Under the pieces are notes generated by a model. It was not told where the DNA came from and made no database searches. It saw only the letters and a list, made by a program, of their open reading frames with translations. The translations under genes and the position numbers were made by a program. From Candidatus Levyibacteriota bacterium (lineage in GTDB: Bacteria; Patescibacteriota; Microgenomatia; Levybacterales; UBA12049), in NCBI GenBank assembly GCA_029260905.1, contig JAJDCH010000012.1:2249-66248 (forward strand): 64,000 nucleotides of DNA, in the 5' to 3' direction. Positions within the stretch are counted from its first letter, which is position 1; every line of letters begins with the position of its first letter. Shown here piece by piece: positions 27,738 to 36,673 of this stretch.

Positions 27738-28648
27738 ATCTTTTCAAAAACTCTTAATTTTGCACTTCTGCTTCTTGGATTCATATCGATCTCTTCATCT
27801 CCTGGCGCGATTGGTTTTTTTGTAACTATTATCCCCTTTCCTATCTCTGCCCATTTTTTGAATTCATTCTTTACTATCCTATCCTCAAGTGAGTGAAAAG
27901 AAATAATTGCTATCCTACCACCTTCTTCAATCACATCAAGTGCTCTTGGCAAAAAATCTCTTAAACTATTCAACTCATCATTTATGGCAATCCTCAATGC
28001 CTGAAATACTTTGGTGGCTGGATTTATTTTCCCGCCACTGCTTCTTACCACTTTCCTAACAATCTCTGACAGTTCCCAAGTTGTCTCTATCTTTTTCACT
28101 TGACGGGCGCTGACAATAGCGCTAGCAATGGCTTTGGCATGATAATCTTCACCAAGTTTATTAAAAAGCTCATACAATTCTCCTTTCGTTAAAATATTTA
28201 CTAAATCTCCTGCTTTGACATTAAGATTTCTATCCATCCGCATATCAAGAGGGCCAAGATTCATAAAACTAAAACCCCGCTCACCCTCATCAATCTGATG
28301 GCTAGAAACCCCAAGATCAACCAAAACTCCTGCGACCGGATCAAATTCATTCTCTTTTACAATTTTTTCTATGTCTTTAAAATTCCCCTGAACCAAAATC
28401 AAATTCTCACCTATTCTTAAATCTTTAATCTTAAATCTTAAATCTGTTTCCGAATAATCTAAAGCGTCTTGATCCAGATCTATACTCAAGACTTTTCCAC
28501 CTCGCTCTAAAATTTCCCCCGTGTGTCCTCCTCCTCCTAAAGTGCCATCTACATAATGCTTCTCAGGCTTGACTTTTAATAAATCTATCGTCTCCTTCAA
28601 AAGTACTGTTTTATGAAAAAAACCAGCTTGTCTATTGTTATCAGTCAT
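27734..28648 (-). CDS. rsmH: 16S rRNA (cytosine1402-N4)-methyltransferase RsmH (MraW)
   Basis: HKTVLLKETIDLL...YVDGTLGGGGHTGEIL. Confidence 0.9.
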   Translation of the reverse strand: MTDNNRQAGFFHKTVLLKETIDLLKVKPEKHYVDGTLGGGGHTGEILERGGKVLSIDLDQDALDYSETDLRFKIKDLRIGENLILVQGNFKDIEKIVKENEFDPVAGVLVDLGVSSHQIDEGERGFSFMNLGPLDMRMDRNLNVKAGDLVNILTKGELYELFNKLGEDYHAKAIASAIVSARQVKKIETTWELSEIVRKVVRSSGGKINPATKVFQALRIAINDELNSLRDFLPRALDVIEEGGRIAIISFHSLEDRIVKNEFKKWAEIGKGIIVTKKPIAPGDEEIDMNPRSRSAKLRVFEKI

Positions 28649-28661
28649 AAATTATCAGTTA

Positions 28662-29093
28662 TCAGTCTGTAGTATTGGATAGTTTTTCAGCTATCGCTTC
28701 GATATTCCCACTCAAACTTTTCTGATGATCATTCCAAACCTTTTTATCCCAGATCTCAACAAATCTCTCAATTCCTGCAAAGATTATCTCTGTCTTTATA
28801 TCTGCAAACTCTCTCAAATATGATGGAAGCACAAATCTTCCCTTGTTATCCAAATCTAAATCAGTTGCATTTCCCAATAAAAATCTCTGCAATTCCCTGG
28901 TATTTTTACTTGTAAAAGGCCTTCCCTCAGTTCCCTCAAGTAACGTTTTCCAATTCTTAACTGAAACAACAATCAGACAATTCTCAAATCCCTTTGTTAT
29001 TATTATTTTTTGTCCAAGAACATCTCTAAACTTTTTCGGCAATGCTGTTTGGTTTTTTTCACTAACTTTAGCTTCATACTGACCTATTAACAT
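28662..29093 (-). CDS. mraZ: Transcriptional regulator MraZ
   Basis: Two MraZ repeats (MLIGQYEAKVSEKNQTALPKKFRDVLG... and ...DLDNKGRFVLPSYLREFA); first gene of the dcw cluster. Confidence 0.85.
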   Translation of the reverse strand: MLIGQYEAKVSEKNQTALPKKFRDVLGQKIIITKGFENCLIVVSVKNWKTLLEGTEGRPFTSKNTRELQRFLLGNATDLDLDNKGRFVLPSYLREFADIKTEIIFAGIERFVEIWDKKVWNDHQKSLSGNIEAIAEKLSNTTD

Positions 29094-29149
29094 TTCTCCT
29101 GCCTTTCTGAGTCCAAATCTTGACCTACTATTTCCTACTTTGGACTACT

Positions 29150-29190
29150 TTTATATAATGCGCCTTTAAAAATATCTTGTCAACAGGTTC
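29150..29190 (-). promoter_or_regulatory. Possible mraZ/dcw promoter (TTGACA on the minus strand at complement 29182-29187, with an A/T-rich -10-like element 18-20 nt downstream)
   Basis: Hexamer read from the sequence; the spacing is imperfect. Confidence 0.25.
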
Positions 29191-29305
29191 GATCAATATG
29201 GTAGTGTTTGTCAAAACAATAAGGTACAAAATGTGGGGTATTTTATGTAAGAAAAGTGTAAGAACAATTAATTGGGGTAAATAAATTAGAGGCTAAAATC
29301 AAAAA

Positions 29306-29803
29306 CTACAACTCCAGGTTACTTTCGGCAGAGTATGTTTTTCCGTCAGCTTTTTCAATTTTCAAATCAAGCTCAACCAATTCAACTCCTGAGTCATATC
29401 TACAAACATTTTTGGAACAACTCCCAAGATCAAGCCACTCTGATTCAAAACTTGCTCCTCCTTTTACATCAGCCTCGCCTATTATGCCTCTTTGCACACG
29501 ATCCAATCCACCCTCACTTCTCTCACTAGCTGTAGAATCTGCTTCATAGCTAAGGCTGTATTCGATTGATTCAATTCCCTCGGCTTTCTCAATTATAAAT
29601 TTTACTGCTTTTCCATCAGATTTTGCCTCCAGCTTTAATCCAAGCTCGTCTGCTGAAAGTTTTATGACTTTATTGGTTTCAACCAGTGATTCATCATCTT
29701 GTTTTTCTGCTTTGGGTGCAAAAAGAAGAAAACCCGTGACAAGAAGTAAAATAACGACAACAGCTGCACCTATCTGAACCCGACGATCTTTAAACATTTT
29801 CAT
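29306..29803 (-). CDS. Hypothetical signal-anchored secreted protein
   Basis: N-terminal TM helix (IGAAVVVILLLVTGFLLFA), then an acidic soluble domain. Confidence 0.4.
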   Translation of the reverse strand: MKMFKDRRVQIGAAVVVILLLVTGFLLFAPKAEKQDDESLVETNKVIKLSADELGLKLEAKSDGKAVKFIIEKAEGIESIEYSLSYEADSTASERSEGGLDRVQRGIIGEADVKGGASFESEWLDLGSCSKNVCRYDSGVELVELDLKIEKADGKTYSAESNLEL

Positions 29804-29835
29804 TAATTAATGATACTGAAATGCAATGAGCATTG

Positions 29836-31209
29836 TCAAGCAAGCTTTGCCTGAAAATATGAAGCAAGATCTTTTATCGCAACCCTTTCCTGATCTGCGG
29901 TATTGCGATCTCTGATTGTCACTGTATCATCATCTAACGTGTCAAAATCAACTGTCACACACCATGGTGTGCCTGCCTCGTCTTGAGCCATGTAGCGCTT
30001 GCCTATATTGCCCCGTCCATCAAAAACAACTGAGAAATCTTCCTGAAGATCATCAAAAATTGATCTAGCCTTACTGATAAGCTCTTCTTTATTGCCAAGA
30101 AGCGGAAAAACAGCTACTTTGTACGGCGCGAGCATGGGGTGAATCTGCAGAACAACTCTTTTTTCTTCCTCTTTATATGAATCAACCAAAACCATTAGTA
30201 AAAGCCTGTTAATGCCAACAGCAGGCTCTATAACATGAGGCAGAATCTTTATTCCTGTTTGTGGATCAACTATTGTGAGATCTTTTTTTGACAAATCCAT
30301 ATGCTGTCTGAGGTCGTAGTCCGTACGATACGCAAGCCCCCAGAGCTCTTTAAAACCAAAAGGAAATTGGTATTCAAGATCCTCTGTGCGCATACTATAA
30401 AAAGACCTTTCCTCATTTGTATGCTCTCTCCAACGGAGATTGGTTTCATCGATTCCGAGTTTTTTAATCACAAAATCCCATATTTCTGCTTTCCATTTCT
30501 CAAATAACTCCTGCCAGTTACTTTGCTTGGGATCAAAAAAATACTCAATCTCACTCATGTCAAACTCGATTGTCCGAAAAACCGAATTACCTGGTGTTAT
30601 CTCATTCCTAAATCCTTTCCCTTGTTGGGCAATACCAAAGGGGAGTCTTACTCTTGTTGAATCAACGATGTTTCTGAAATTTATAAACATTCCTTGTGCT
30701 GTTTCTCCTCTCAAATAAGCCAAGCCCTTATCACCCTCAACTATTCCCAACTGAACAGGAAAAAGTTGATTAAATTTTCGAACATCAGTCCAGTCGATCT
30801 TGCCGCAATTGGGACACTTTATCTTATTTTGCTCAATGATCTTTTGCAGCTTGTCAATTGGAAGACCTTCTACTTTCTGATCAGGCAGACTATCCTCAAT
30901 CAGGTGATCAGCCCGCATCCGAGCCTTGCAGTTCTTGCAATCAATCATCGCATCAGCAAATCCCGACACGTGCCCTGATGCTTCCCAAACTTTCTGATGC
31001 GAGATGAGGCTGGCATCAAGTCCGACTATATCTGAATGTTTTTGCACAAAAGTCTTCCACCAGAGATCTTTTATATTTCGAAGAAGCTCTGTCCCCAGAG
31101 GTCCGTAGTCATAAGTATTGGCAAGCCCGCCATAGATCTCACTGCCTGGATAAATAAACCCGCGACGCTTTGCCAGTGCCACAATCTTTTCCATCTTATC
31201 TGATACCAT
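29836..31209 (-). CDS. glyQS: Glycyl-tRNA synthetase, alpha2 homodimeric (archaeal/eukaryote-like) type
   Basis: RRGFIYPGSEIYGGLANTYDYGPLG class II motif 1 region, a two-zinc-knuckle-like CKNC...CPNCG insertion, and an anticodon-binding C-terminus. Confidence 0.9.
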   Translation of the reverse strand: MVSDKMEKIVALAKRRGFIYPGSEIYGGLANTYDYGPLGTELLRNIKDLWWKTFVQKHSDIVGLDASLISHQKVWEASGHVSGFADAMIDCKNCKARMRADHLIEDSLPDQKVEGLPIDKLQKIIEQNKIKCPNCGKIDWTDVRKFNQLFPVQLGIVEGDKGLAYLRGETAQGMFINFRNIVDSTRVRLPFGIAQQGKGFRNEITPGNSVFRTIEFDMSEIEYFFDPKQSNWQELFEKWKAEIWDFVIKKLGIDETNLRWREHTNEERSFYSMRTEDLEYQFPFGFKELWGLAYRTDYDLRQHMDLSKKDLTIVDPQTGIKILPHVIEPAVGINRLLLMVLVDSYKEEEKRVVLQIHPMLAPYKVAVFPLLGNKEELISKARSIFDDLQEDFSVVFDGRGNIGKRYMAQDEAGTPWCVTVDFDTLDDDTVTIRDRNTADQERVAIKDLASYFQAKLA

Positions 31210-31263
31210 TAGGGATATTATAAAGGGTTGAGCAAAAAGCGTAAAGGGTGAAGAAATAATAAT

Positions 31264-31542
31264 CTATTTTTTAGGCTTTTTGGGAACTGGTTTTAAGACT
31301 GGATCTGAGCCTTCGGGACTAACAGGATAAAAAACACCCTTCAACACTAGTCCTCCTGGATTCTTTGCGGCTTTAGCGAAAAGATTTCTTACTCCTCTTT
31401 CATTCATTGGCGTCGTATCTTTTGGCTTCTTCCTTAACCCTTCTGCTCTTCTTTCCTGACCAAAAGTCATAGCACTTGCAGCATCAGCTCTTGAATCCCT
31501 GAAGCCTCCATTGATTACCTCTCCCATACCTATATTATACAC
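31264..31542 (-). CDS. Hypothetical small basic protein (K/P-rich C-terminal tail)
   Basis: ORF with good spacing between glyQS and recO; no recognised motif. Confidence 0.3.
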   Translation of the reverse strand: MYNIGMGEVINGGFRDSRADAASAMTFGQERRAEGLRKKPKDTTPMNERGVRNLFAKAAKNPGGLVLKGVFYPVSPEGSDPVLKPVPKKPKK

Positions 31543-31567
31543 CTAGTAGTCAATATTTGAGGCTGAA

Positions 31568-32113
31568 TTAGTTAATTTTGGTGAAGATTCTGAGGGATTT
31601 GAGACGACGCTCGAGTATGTTTTCTATAAATTGCTCTGAATCAAATGCTTGAGCAAACTGCTGCTTATTCCAGTACCCCAAAAGGCTCAAAAGGCTTACT
31701 TCAAAATCAGCCACAATCTTCTCGATATTATTTTGATTATCAGATAATCTATCAAGTGTGTCAACTAGCAACTCAAACACTTCCATATTTTCCTGATTTT
31801 CAGGACAAAGCCCATCAACGATCTCACAAAGATGATAACTTGGAGGAATTTTATCCATATTATTTTTTATCTCAGCAAAATTATTAATTGTTATCGCCTC
31901 AGTCAAAATAGGATATGAATTGCCTTGATAAAGAGTGAAGACACCATGATTGAGAAGCTCTATATGGCCTGCCCTGCGGCTTGTGATCTTACGTACACCT
32001 GTCCCGCGGACAAAAATCTTACCATGAGTTTTGGTAAAAATAGTAAGAACACGATCCTGATCCTTATAATTACGTCTTCTTATAACCACTCCCTCTGTTT
32101 TGAAATTCTTCAT
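31568..32113 (-). CDS. recO: DNA repair protein RecO (short form)
   Basis: N-terminal OB-fold pattern MKNFKTEGVVIRRRNYKDQDRVLTIFTKTHGKIFVRGTGVRK matches the RecO N-terminus. Confidence 0.65.
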   Translation of the reverse strand: MKNFKTEGVVIRRRNYKDQDRVLTIFTKTHGKIFVRGTGVRKITSRRAGHIELLNHGVFTLYQGNSYPILTEAITINNFAEIKNNMDKIPPSYHLCEIVDGLCPENQENMEVFELLVDTLDRLSDNQNNIEKIVADFEVSLLSLLGYWNKQQFAQAFDSEQFIENILERRLKSLRIFTKIN

Positions 32114-34149
32114 ATTTCAAGCTCAAGTTCTTTATCTGACAAGAGCGGGAATTCATCAATGACCTCATCGTTTACAACGATCGTGTATTGGTTATCATAA
32201 GTACCAGGCTGTTTTTGGATAAGAACAGGAAGTGGAGATCCTTTCTCAAGCTTAAATGGAAGAGTGTATGTGATTTCAAATTCAGCAGCTCCTTTGGGAC
32301 GCACTGTCAAAAAGCCCTCAAAGACAGTCTTTCCAAACTCCTCATAAGTACTTACCTTGACTTGAGATCCTTTACTATTAATCAGCTTACTGCCTTTTGG
32401 CACATAGATCCTAAACCAATCACGATATTCTGCATTTAGACAAAGCCCACCTGATTCAAGATTACAATCACTTGGAGGGAAAGGATTTTTATAATTAACA
32501 GTCACAGTTTTGGTAATTACGCCATCTTCAATCTGATACTTTTGCTCTACAGCCTCCTCCATAAAGATATTTACCTTCGCGCCAGAAAAACTACTTTCAT
32601 TAATATGCAGATAATCCCCTTCAAAATCCTTTATCCTACCTGCTGCATTTAAACCCTCGATGCCTTTTTGAGCTTGCTCATCATATAAATAAACAAGTAG
32701 ATGCTTTTCATTAATTTGTGTCAGCATTGATTGAAAAAGCGGACCCCAGTAAATCTTGGGACTTGATGAAAGAGCCTTTGTCATAATAGCTTGCAAGAGA
32801 TCTCCTAGAAGTCCTTTTCTGTCTGTTTTAACATAATTAACAGGACGTGAGATATTATCTTCCAATTCATAAATAACTTGTGGACAATCACACCTCGCAT
32901 CTTCTTTGGTGTTGAATTCGACACCTCCTGCAGTAACGGTATCATCAAGAATTTTAATAGTTGAGACAAGAACATTTGTATCAATTGCGACTATTCCATC
33001 AACATCAACACTTGTTGTTGCCTTTTCATAAAGTTTATTAAACTCTTCCATTGAGGTTATGAAATCAGGCGATAAATTACTGTCTCTCAAATTGGCTTGA
33101 GGAACTTTTGGCAAATATTTGAGAATTGGGGCTGATGCCTTTCCCTTGTTTGGTATCGAATCATCAAGATTGTAGATGTCCTCAGACTTATCAATATGAA
33201 TAACACCTTTATCAAGCCTGAATATCGCATATCCTGTCAGGAAACCACCTGTTGGTCTTAGCTCCTTATCATTCTGGAAAAGAATCAGATATTTCTTTTC
33301 CTCCTTCTCACCAAGAAGCGAAGGCAACACTTTTATAAGTGGCTTTGCATCGCTTACAAACGTAACCCCTTCATCTGTGAGATTCTTTACCATTGCTATC
33401 TGTGTCTGGATCTTTTCACCAAAGATAAGCTTAGGGTAATGCTGGGGATCTACCTTATCCATCTCTTCTTTGACTTTATCAAGGCTTTCTGAAATCTTAT
33501 CAATTTGTGGCGTTATCTTTCCCGCCGTAAGAACTGCTGTCTTGATTCTATCTTCTGCTGATCCTTCAGCAAAGCTTCCCTGCCCCTTAAGCCCCAAAAC
33601 ATCTGCATAAGGTTTAAGCGAGTCAACCACAATTGTTGCCGAATCAAGTCCATGCGCGCCAGCTGCCATCATGTGTTCTGCATCATTATAATACCAGTTA
33701 ACAACTGGGACTATTTTCAATGGAAGTAAAAATGCAAAATTTCTCCTGGTTGCCCCAAGCTCTTTTTTGGTTTTTTCAATCTCAACTGATGCTAGTTCAA
33801 TATTTTGGGTTTTTATTGCCTCAGCAGTAAGTCTCGCCTGATGATAAGTCTTTATTCCAGAACGGTATGTAGCATAAGCAGGAATACTAATAAGCCCAAA
33901 AAGAACAAGAACAATAAGAAACGCCACTCTAACTTTTTTGGGAATCCCAAATTTATTTTTTTTACTTCTTTTTCCCATATTAAAATTTGTATTCTTCCAA
34001 TCGCTTTGACCTTTTTCTTTTGAGAGACGAGAATGCACAACCGTTCCTTTTTGTCCCCAGTCACGTCCTGAATTTTTTGAAACAGGAATTCTCAATCCTG
34101 AATCGGATTTGGAATTATTATTTCCTAGCTCAATCTTATCAAACCCCAT
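32110..34149 (-). CDS. Membrane-anchored extracytoplasmic protein, DUF4012-like (envelope-polysaccharide associated)
   Basis: TM helix VAFLIVLVLFGLISIPAYA; motif FQNDKELRPTGGFLTGYAIF is recalled as DUF4012-like. The likely start is the ATG at complement 34147-34149 or 33976-33978. The track's 5' extension to 34353 runs into the IS promoter region. Confidence 0.5.
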   Translation of the reverse strand: MGFDKIELGNNNSKSDSGLRIPVSKNSGRDWGQKGTVVHSRLSKEKGQSDWKNTNFNMGKRSKKNKFGIPKKVRVAFLIVLVLFGLISIPAYATYRSGIKTYHQARLTAEAIKTQNIELASVEIEKTKKELGATRRNFAFLLPLKIVPVVNWYYNDAEHMMAAGAHGLDSATIVVDSLKPYADVLGLKGQGSFAEGSAEDRIKTAVLTAGKITPQIDKISESLDKVKEEMDKVDPQHYPKLIFGEKIQTQIAMVKNLTDEGVTFVSDAKPLIKVLPSLLGEKEEKKYLILFQNDKELRPTGGFLTGYAIFRLDKGVIHIDKSEDIYNLDDSIPNKGKASAPILKYLPKVPQANLRDSNLSPDFITSMEEFNKLYEKATTSVDVDGIVAIDTNVLVSTIKILDDTVTAGGVEFNTKEDARCDCPQVIYELEDNISRPVNYVKTDRKGLLGDLLQAIMTKALSSSPKIYWGPLFQSMLTQINEKHLLVYLYDEQAQKGIEGLNAAGRIKDFEGDYLHINESSFSGAKVNIFMEEAVEQKYQIEDGVITKTVTVNYKNPFPPSDCNLESGGLCLNAEYRDWFRIYVPKGSKLINSKGSQVKVSTYEEFGKTVFEGFLTVRPKGAAEFEITYTLPFKLEKGSPLPVLIQKQPGTYDNQYTIVVNDEVIDEFPLLSDKELELEI

Positions 34150-34208
34150 CACTATATCATAGTGAAACAAAATAAGCTTTGTCAACTTGACAAAACGGCA
34201 CTTATCCC

Positions 34209-34237
34209 TTGACAACAAGGAAATAGTATGATATACT
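34209..34237 (+). promoter_or_regulatory. Sigma70-type promoter inside the left IR: TTGACA, 17 nt, TATACT. It abuts the transposase ATG, so the mRNA is probably leaderless
   Basis: Hexamers at 34209-34214 and 34232-34237. ATG codons lie at 34238 and 34244. Confidence 0.5.
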
Positions 34238-35149
34238 ATGCCTATGACAAATAAATTTAGCCTTAGACAATTTAAGAGAAAATATGGTACACATGATATG
34301 TGCCTTGAAGCTATCAAGCAATTACGCTTTCCTGACCCATACACTTGCCCCAAATGTAATTCAGAGCAAAAGTTTTATCCTGTTAAGGGTCGCACTTCCT
34401 ATGCTTGTAATTCATGCGGTCATCACATCTATCCTCTAGCTGGTACAATCTTTGAGAAATCCACTACTCCACTTGATCTATGGTTTTTCGCTATGTATCT
34501 AATGGTACAAACACGAAGCGGTATATCCGCCAAACAGCTTGAGAGAATGCTAGGCGTTACATATAAGACTGCATGGCGTATGTTTAAGCAAATCAGAATG
34601 TTAATGGCTGAAACAGGCGGAGGGCTTTTAGACGGGATTGTTGAGATAGATGAGACTTTTGTAGGCGGTAAGGGCAAGAATAGAGCCTATGAATGGAAAC
34701 AGGAAGTTGAGGAGAAAGAAAAACAAATCTTAATGGGTTTTATCCAAAGAGAGGGCAAAGCATATATAAAACACATACCAAATACAGGTAAATATACTCT
34801 TTTAAGACAAGTTAAAGAAAATGTTAGTCCTACTGCTAGGGTTATGACAGATGAGTTTATGTCTTATCACGGATTAACTCAAATGGGATACTTTCATCAA
34901 TCAGTCAAACACAAAGCTAGAGAGTACGCTAGAGGCGATGTACACACTCAAAGCATTGAGAGCTTCTGGGGTGGCTTGAAAAGAGGTATATATGGTGTAT
35001 ACCGAGTAGTAAGTAAAAAATATCTTCAAGCCTATGCTGATGAGTACGCATGGAGATACAATTACAGATTACATCAAGGCGGAATGTTTGAGTTGCTACT
35101 TAATCAAGTAGCTGAGGTTAAGGCTTTGAAGGCTGAGAAGCTCGTTTAA
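34238..35149 (+). CDS. IS1595-family (ISXO2-like) DDE transposase with an N-terminal zinc ribbon
   Basis: CPKCNSEQKFYPV...CNSCGHH zinc ribbon, EIDETFVGGKGKN and DEFMSYHGL DDE-region motifs typical of IS1595 transposases. Confidence 0.8.
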   Translation: MPMTNKFSLRQFKRKYGTHDMCLEAIKQLRFPDPYTCPKCNSEQKFYPVKGRTSYACNSCGHHIYPLAGTIFEKSTTPLDLWFFAMYLMVQTRSGISAKQLERMLGVTYKTAWRMFKQIRMLMAETGGGLLDGIVEIDETFVGGKGKNRAYEWKQEVEEKEKQILMGFIQREGKAYIKHIPNTGKYTLLRQVKENVSPTARVMTDEFMSYHGLTQMGYFHQSVKHKAREYARGDVHTQSIESFWGGLKRGIYGVYRVVSKKYLQAYADEYAWRYNYRLHQGGMFELLLNQVAEVKALKAEKLV

Positions 35150-35214
35150 GAAGTGCTAAAAAATCTTTTTTGGCATCCTCACGACCACCTTTTGAAAGCC
35201 AATCTCGTACTTTT

Positions 35215-35694
35215 TTATCCTTTGGGCTGAATTGTCTTTTTTTGTTTGCCATCTTTTTTTCCTACCTCCTTTTCTTCTTTCTTTTTCTGAATATAATTAT
35301 AGGCTTGAAAAGCTAACGGAATAAAAATTGTAGCTAAGCCTTCAATTTTTTTGTCGTACATAAGTAGTCCTGCTCCAACAAGTATCATTGTAATTGTAAT
35401 TACAAAAGCAGCTATTATTCCCAGTCGTTCATTTAGAACATTTGAGCCTATTACTTTCCCTTCTATGCCTTGTCTATGCTTTACTTGACCTTCAAAGACT
35501 TTAATAATTCTATTAGCTGCTCCAGGACATATTTCTTCATACTTTTGCAAAATACTAGGATGTGGCAGAGGACCTGCAAAACTTTGCGAAACCATTATTG
35601 AGGTTTGTCTTGTGTTTTGGGCAGGATTAGATGTTGGCTGTTCTGTAGGCTGCTGCCTGTTCTGGATTTTCTTGTTCATATTGCTTGATTGCAT
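35215..35694 (-). CDS. Passenger ORF: membrane protein with a GPLPHPSILQKYEEICPG motif (DUF2335-like) and two C-terminal TM helices
   Basis: Motif recalled from memory as DUF2335-like. An alternative start at complement 35595 (MVSQSF...) would remove the overlap with the next ORF. Confidence 0.4.
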   Translation of the reverse strand: MQSSNMNKKIQNRQQPTEQPTSNPAQNTRQTSIMVSQSFAGPLPHPSILQKYEEICPGAANRIIKVFEGQVKHRQGIEGKVIGSNVLNERLGIIAAFVITITMILVGAGLLMYDKKIEGLATIFIPLAFQAYNYIQKKKEEKEVGKKDGKQKKTIQPKG

Positions 35695-35887
35695 TATCTA
35701 AATCACATCCAACAACTATCCAATCTCTGTTAACTGCTTTGCTATCCGCTTCCTCGTCTGTCTGGGAATAATTGTAATGATCTAATTGCCCAAATAAATC
35801 CACACCTCTTGCCACGCCCTTCATAAAAGATGGTTTTATAAATAGGGCGGACGAATTTAGGATTTGTTCTGACATATCTTTTTGCAT
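35627..35887 (-). CDS. Passenger ORF: hypothetical acidic 86-aa protein, probably transcribed from the promoter in the right IR
   Basis: ORF only. TTGACA at complement 35911-35916 lies 16 nt upstream of an A/T-rich element and the ATG. Confidence 0.3.
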   Translation of the reverse strand: MQKDMSEQILNSSALFIKPSFMKGVARGVDLFGQLDHYNYSQTDEEADSKAVNRDWIVVGCDLDNAIKQYEQENPEQAAAYRTANI

Positions 35888-36004
35888 TATCTAATTTTCC
35901 CTTCTCCATGTCAAGAAGGGATAAGATTTGTGTAAAAAAAAGGTAAATTTACTCCTTGCTCTCACGGGATAGGGTCGGACAAAACGCTTGAAAATAGATC
36001 TAAA

Positions 36005-36670
36005 TCAAAGAGCACCGCGACCAGAGATCATAGCCCATGGAGTTTTGAGAATTATCCAAAAATCATAAAAAATTGATCTTCTTTTCGCATACTCAGCATC
36101 CATCTGGATTCTTTTATCAAAATTAATATCAGACCTTCCGGCAACCTGCCAAAAACCTGTAATTCCAGGCTTGACCGAAAGCACGACTTTTACTGCATCT
36201 TTTGTATAAGGATATTTCTTCTGTTGCTCAGTCAACTCATCTGGATAATATGCGCGAGGTCCAACTATACTCATCTCACCTTTTAAGACATTTATAAATT
36301 GGGGTAATTCATCAAGTGAATACTTTCTGATAAATTTTCCAACCTTTGTAATTCTTGGATCATTCTTTAGCTTATAGCTTCCTTTTTTATAAGCATTATA
36401 TAGTTCTTTATAACGCGGATCTTTTCTAAGCAGGATGTGAGCATCTTTCACCATTGAACGAAATTTATACATCTTGAAGCGTTTCCCAAACTGACCAACC
36501 CTTTCTGGTGTATCAGCAAGAATTGTTCCTTTTGAATTTAATTTTATTGCAATAGTAACAGCAATAATAATGGGAGAAAATATGAAAAGGAGGATGATTG
36601 ACAAAATTACATCAATAATTCTTTTGGCAGTATCATAAAGGCCCTTTTTTTCTGATTCTTTATTTGACAT
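36005..36670 (-). CDS. Polyprenyl-phosphate hexose-1-phosphate transferase (small monotopic bacterial sugar transferase, PglC/WbaP C-terminal type)
   Basis: KRFKMYKFRSM and the signature DELPQFINVLKGEMSIVGPRA. Confidence 0.85.
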   Translation of the reverse strand: MSNKESEKKGLYDTAKRIIDVILSIILLFIFSPIIIAVTIAIKLNSKGTILADTPERVGQFGKRFKMYKFRSMVKDAHILLRKDPRYKELYNAYKKGSYKLKNDPRITKVGKFIRKYSLDELPQFINVLKGEMSIVGPRAYYPDELTEQQKKYPYTKDAVKVVLSVKPGITGFWQVAGRSDINFDKRIQMDAEYAKRRSIFYDFWIILKTPWAMISGRGAL

Positions 36671-36673
36671 TTC

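Larger units (their letters stand above)
34198..35977 (+). mobile_element. IS1595-family insertion element with two passenger ORFs. It has imperfect terminal IRs built on a TATCCC core and is flanked by the 9-bp direct repeat GACAAAACG (34189-34197 and 35978-35986)
   Basis: Left end GGCACTTATCCCTTGACA. Right end reverse complement CGACCCTATCCCGTGAGA, plus an inner copy CTTATCCCTTCTTGACA at 35907-35933. Flanking direct repeats were read directly. Interior GC is visibly higher than the flanks. Confidence 0.5.

Noticed and set aside
34150-34353. 5' extension of the DUF4012-like ORF to 34353 given in the track
   Set aside because: The extension reads through the IS left end and transposase promoter with an implausible sequence (MGQVYGSGKRNCLIASRH...). 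Internal ATGs at 34149 or 33978, followed by a basic stretch and a TM helix, are far more plausible starts.
35110-35250. 47-codon minus-strand ORF (MANKKRQFSPKDKKVRDWLSKGG...) overlapping the transposase 3' end
   Set aside because: It is short, antisense to the transposase stop region, and has no support beyond an ATG. The annotated DUF2335-like ORF uses a different frame.
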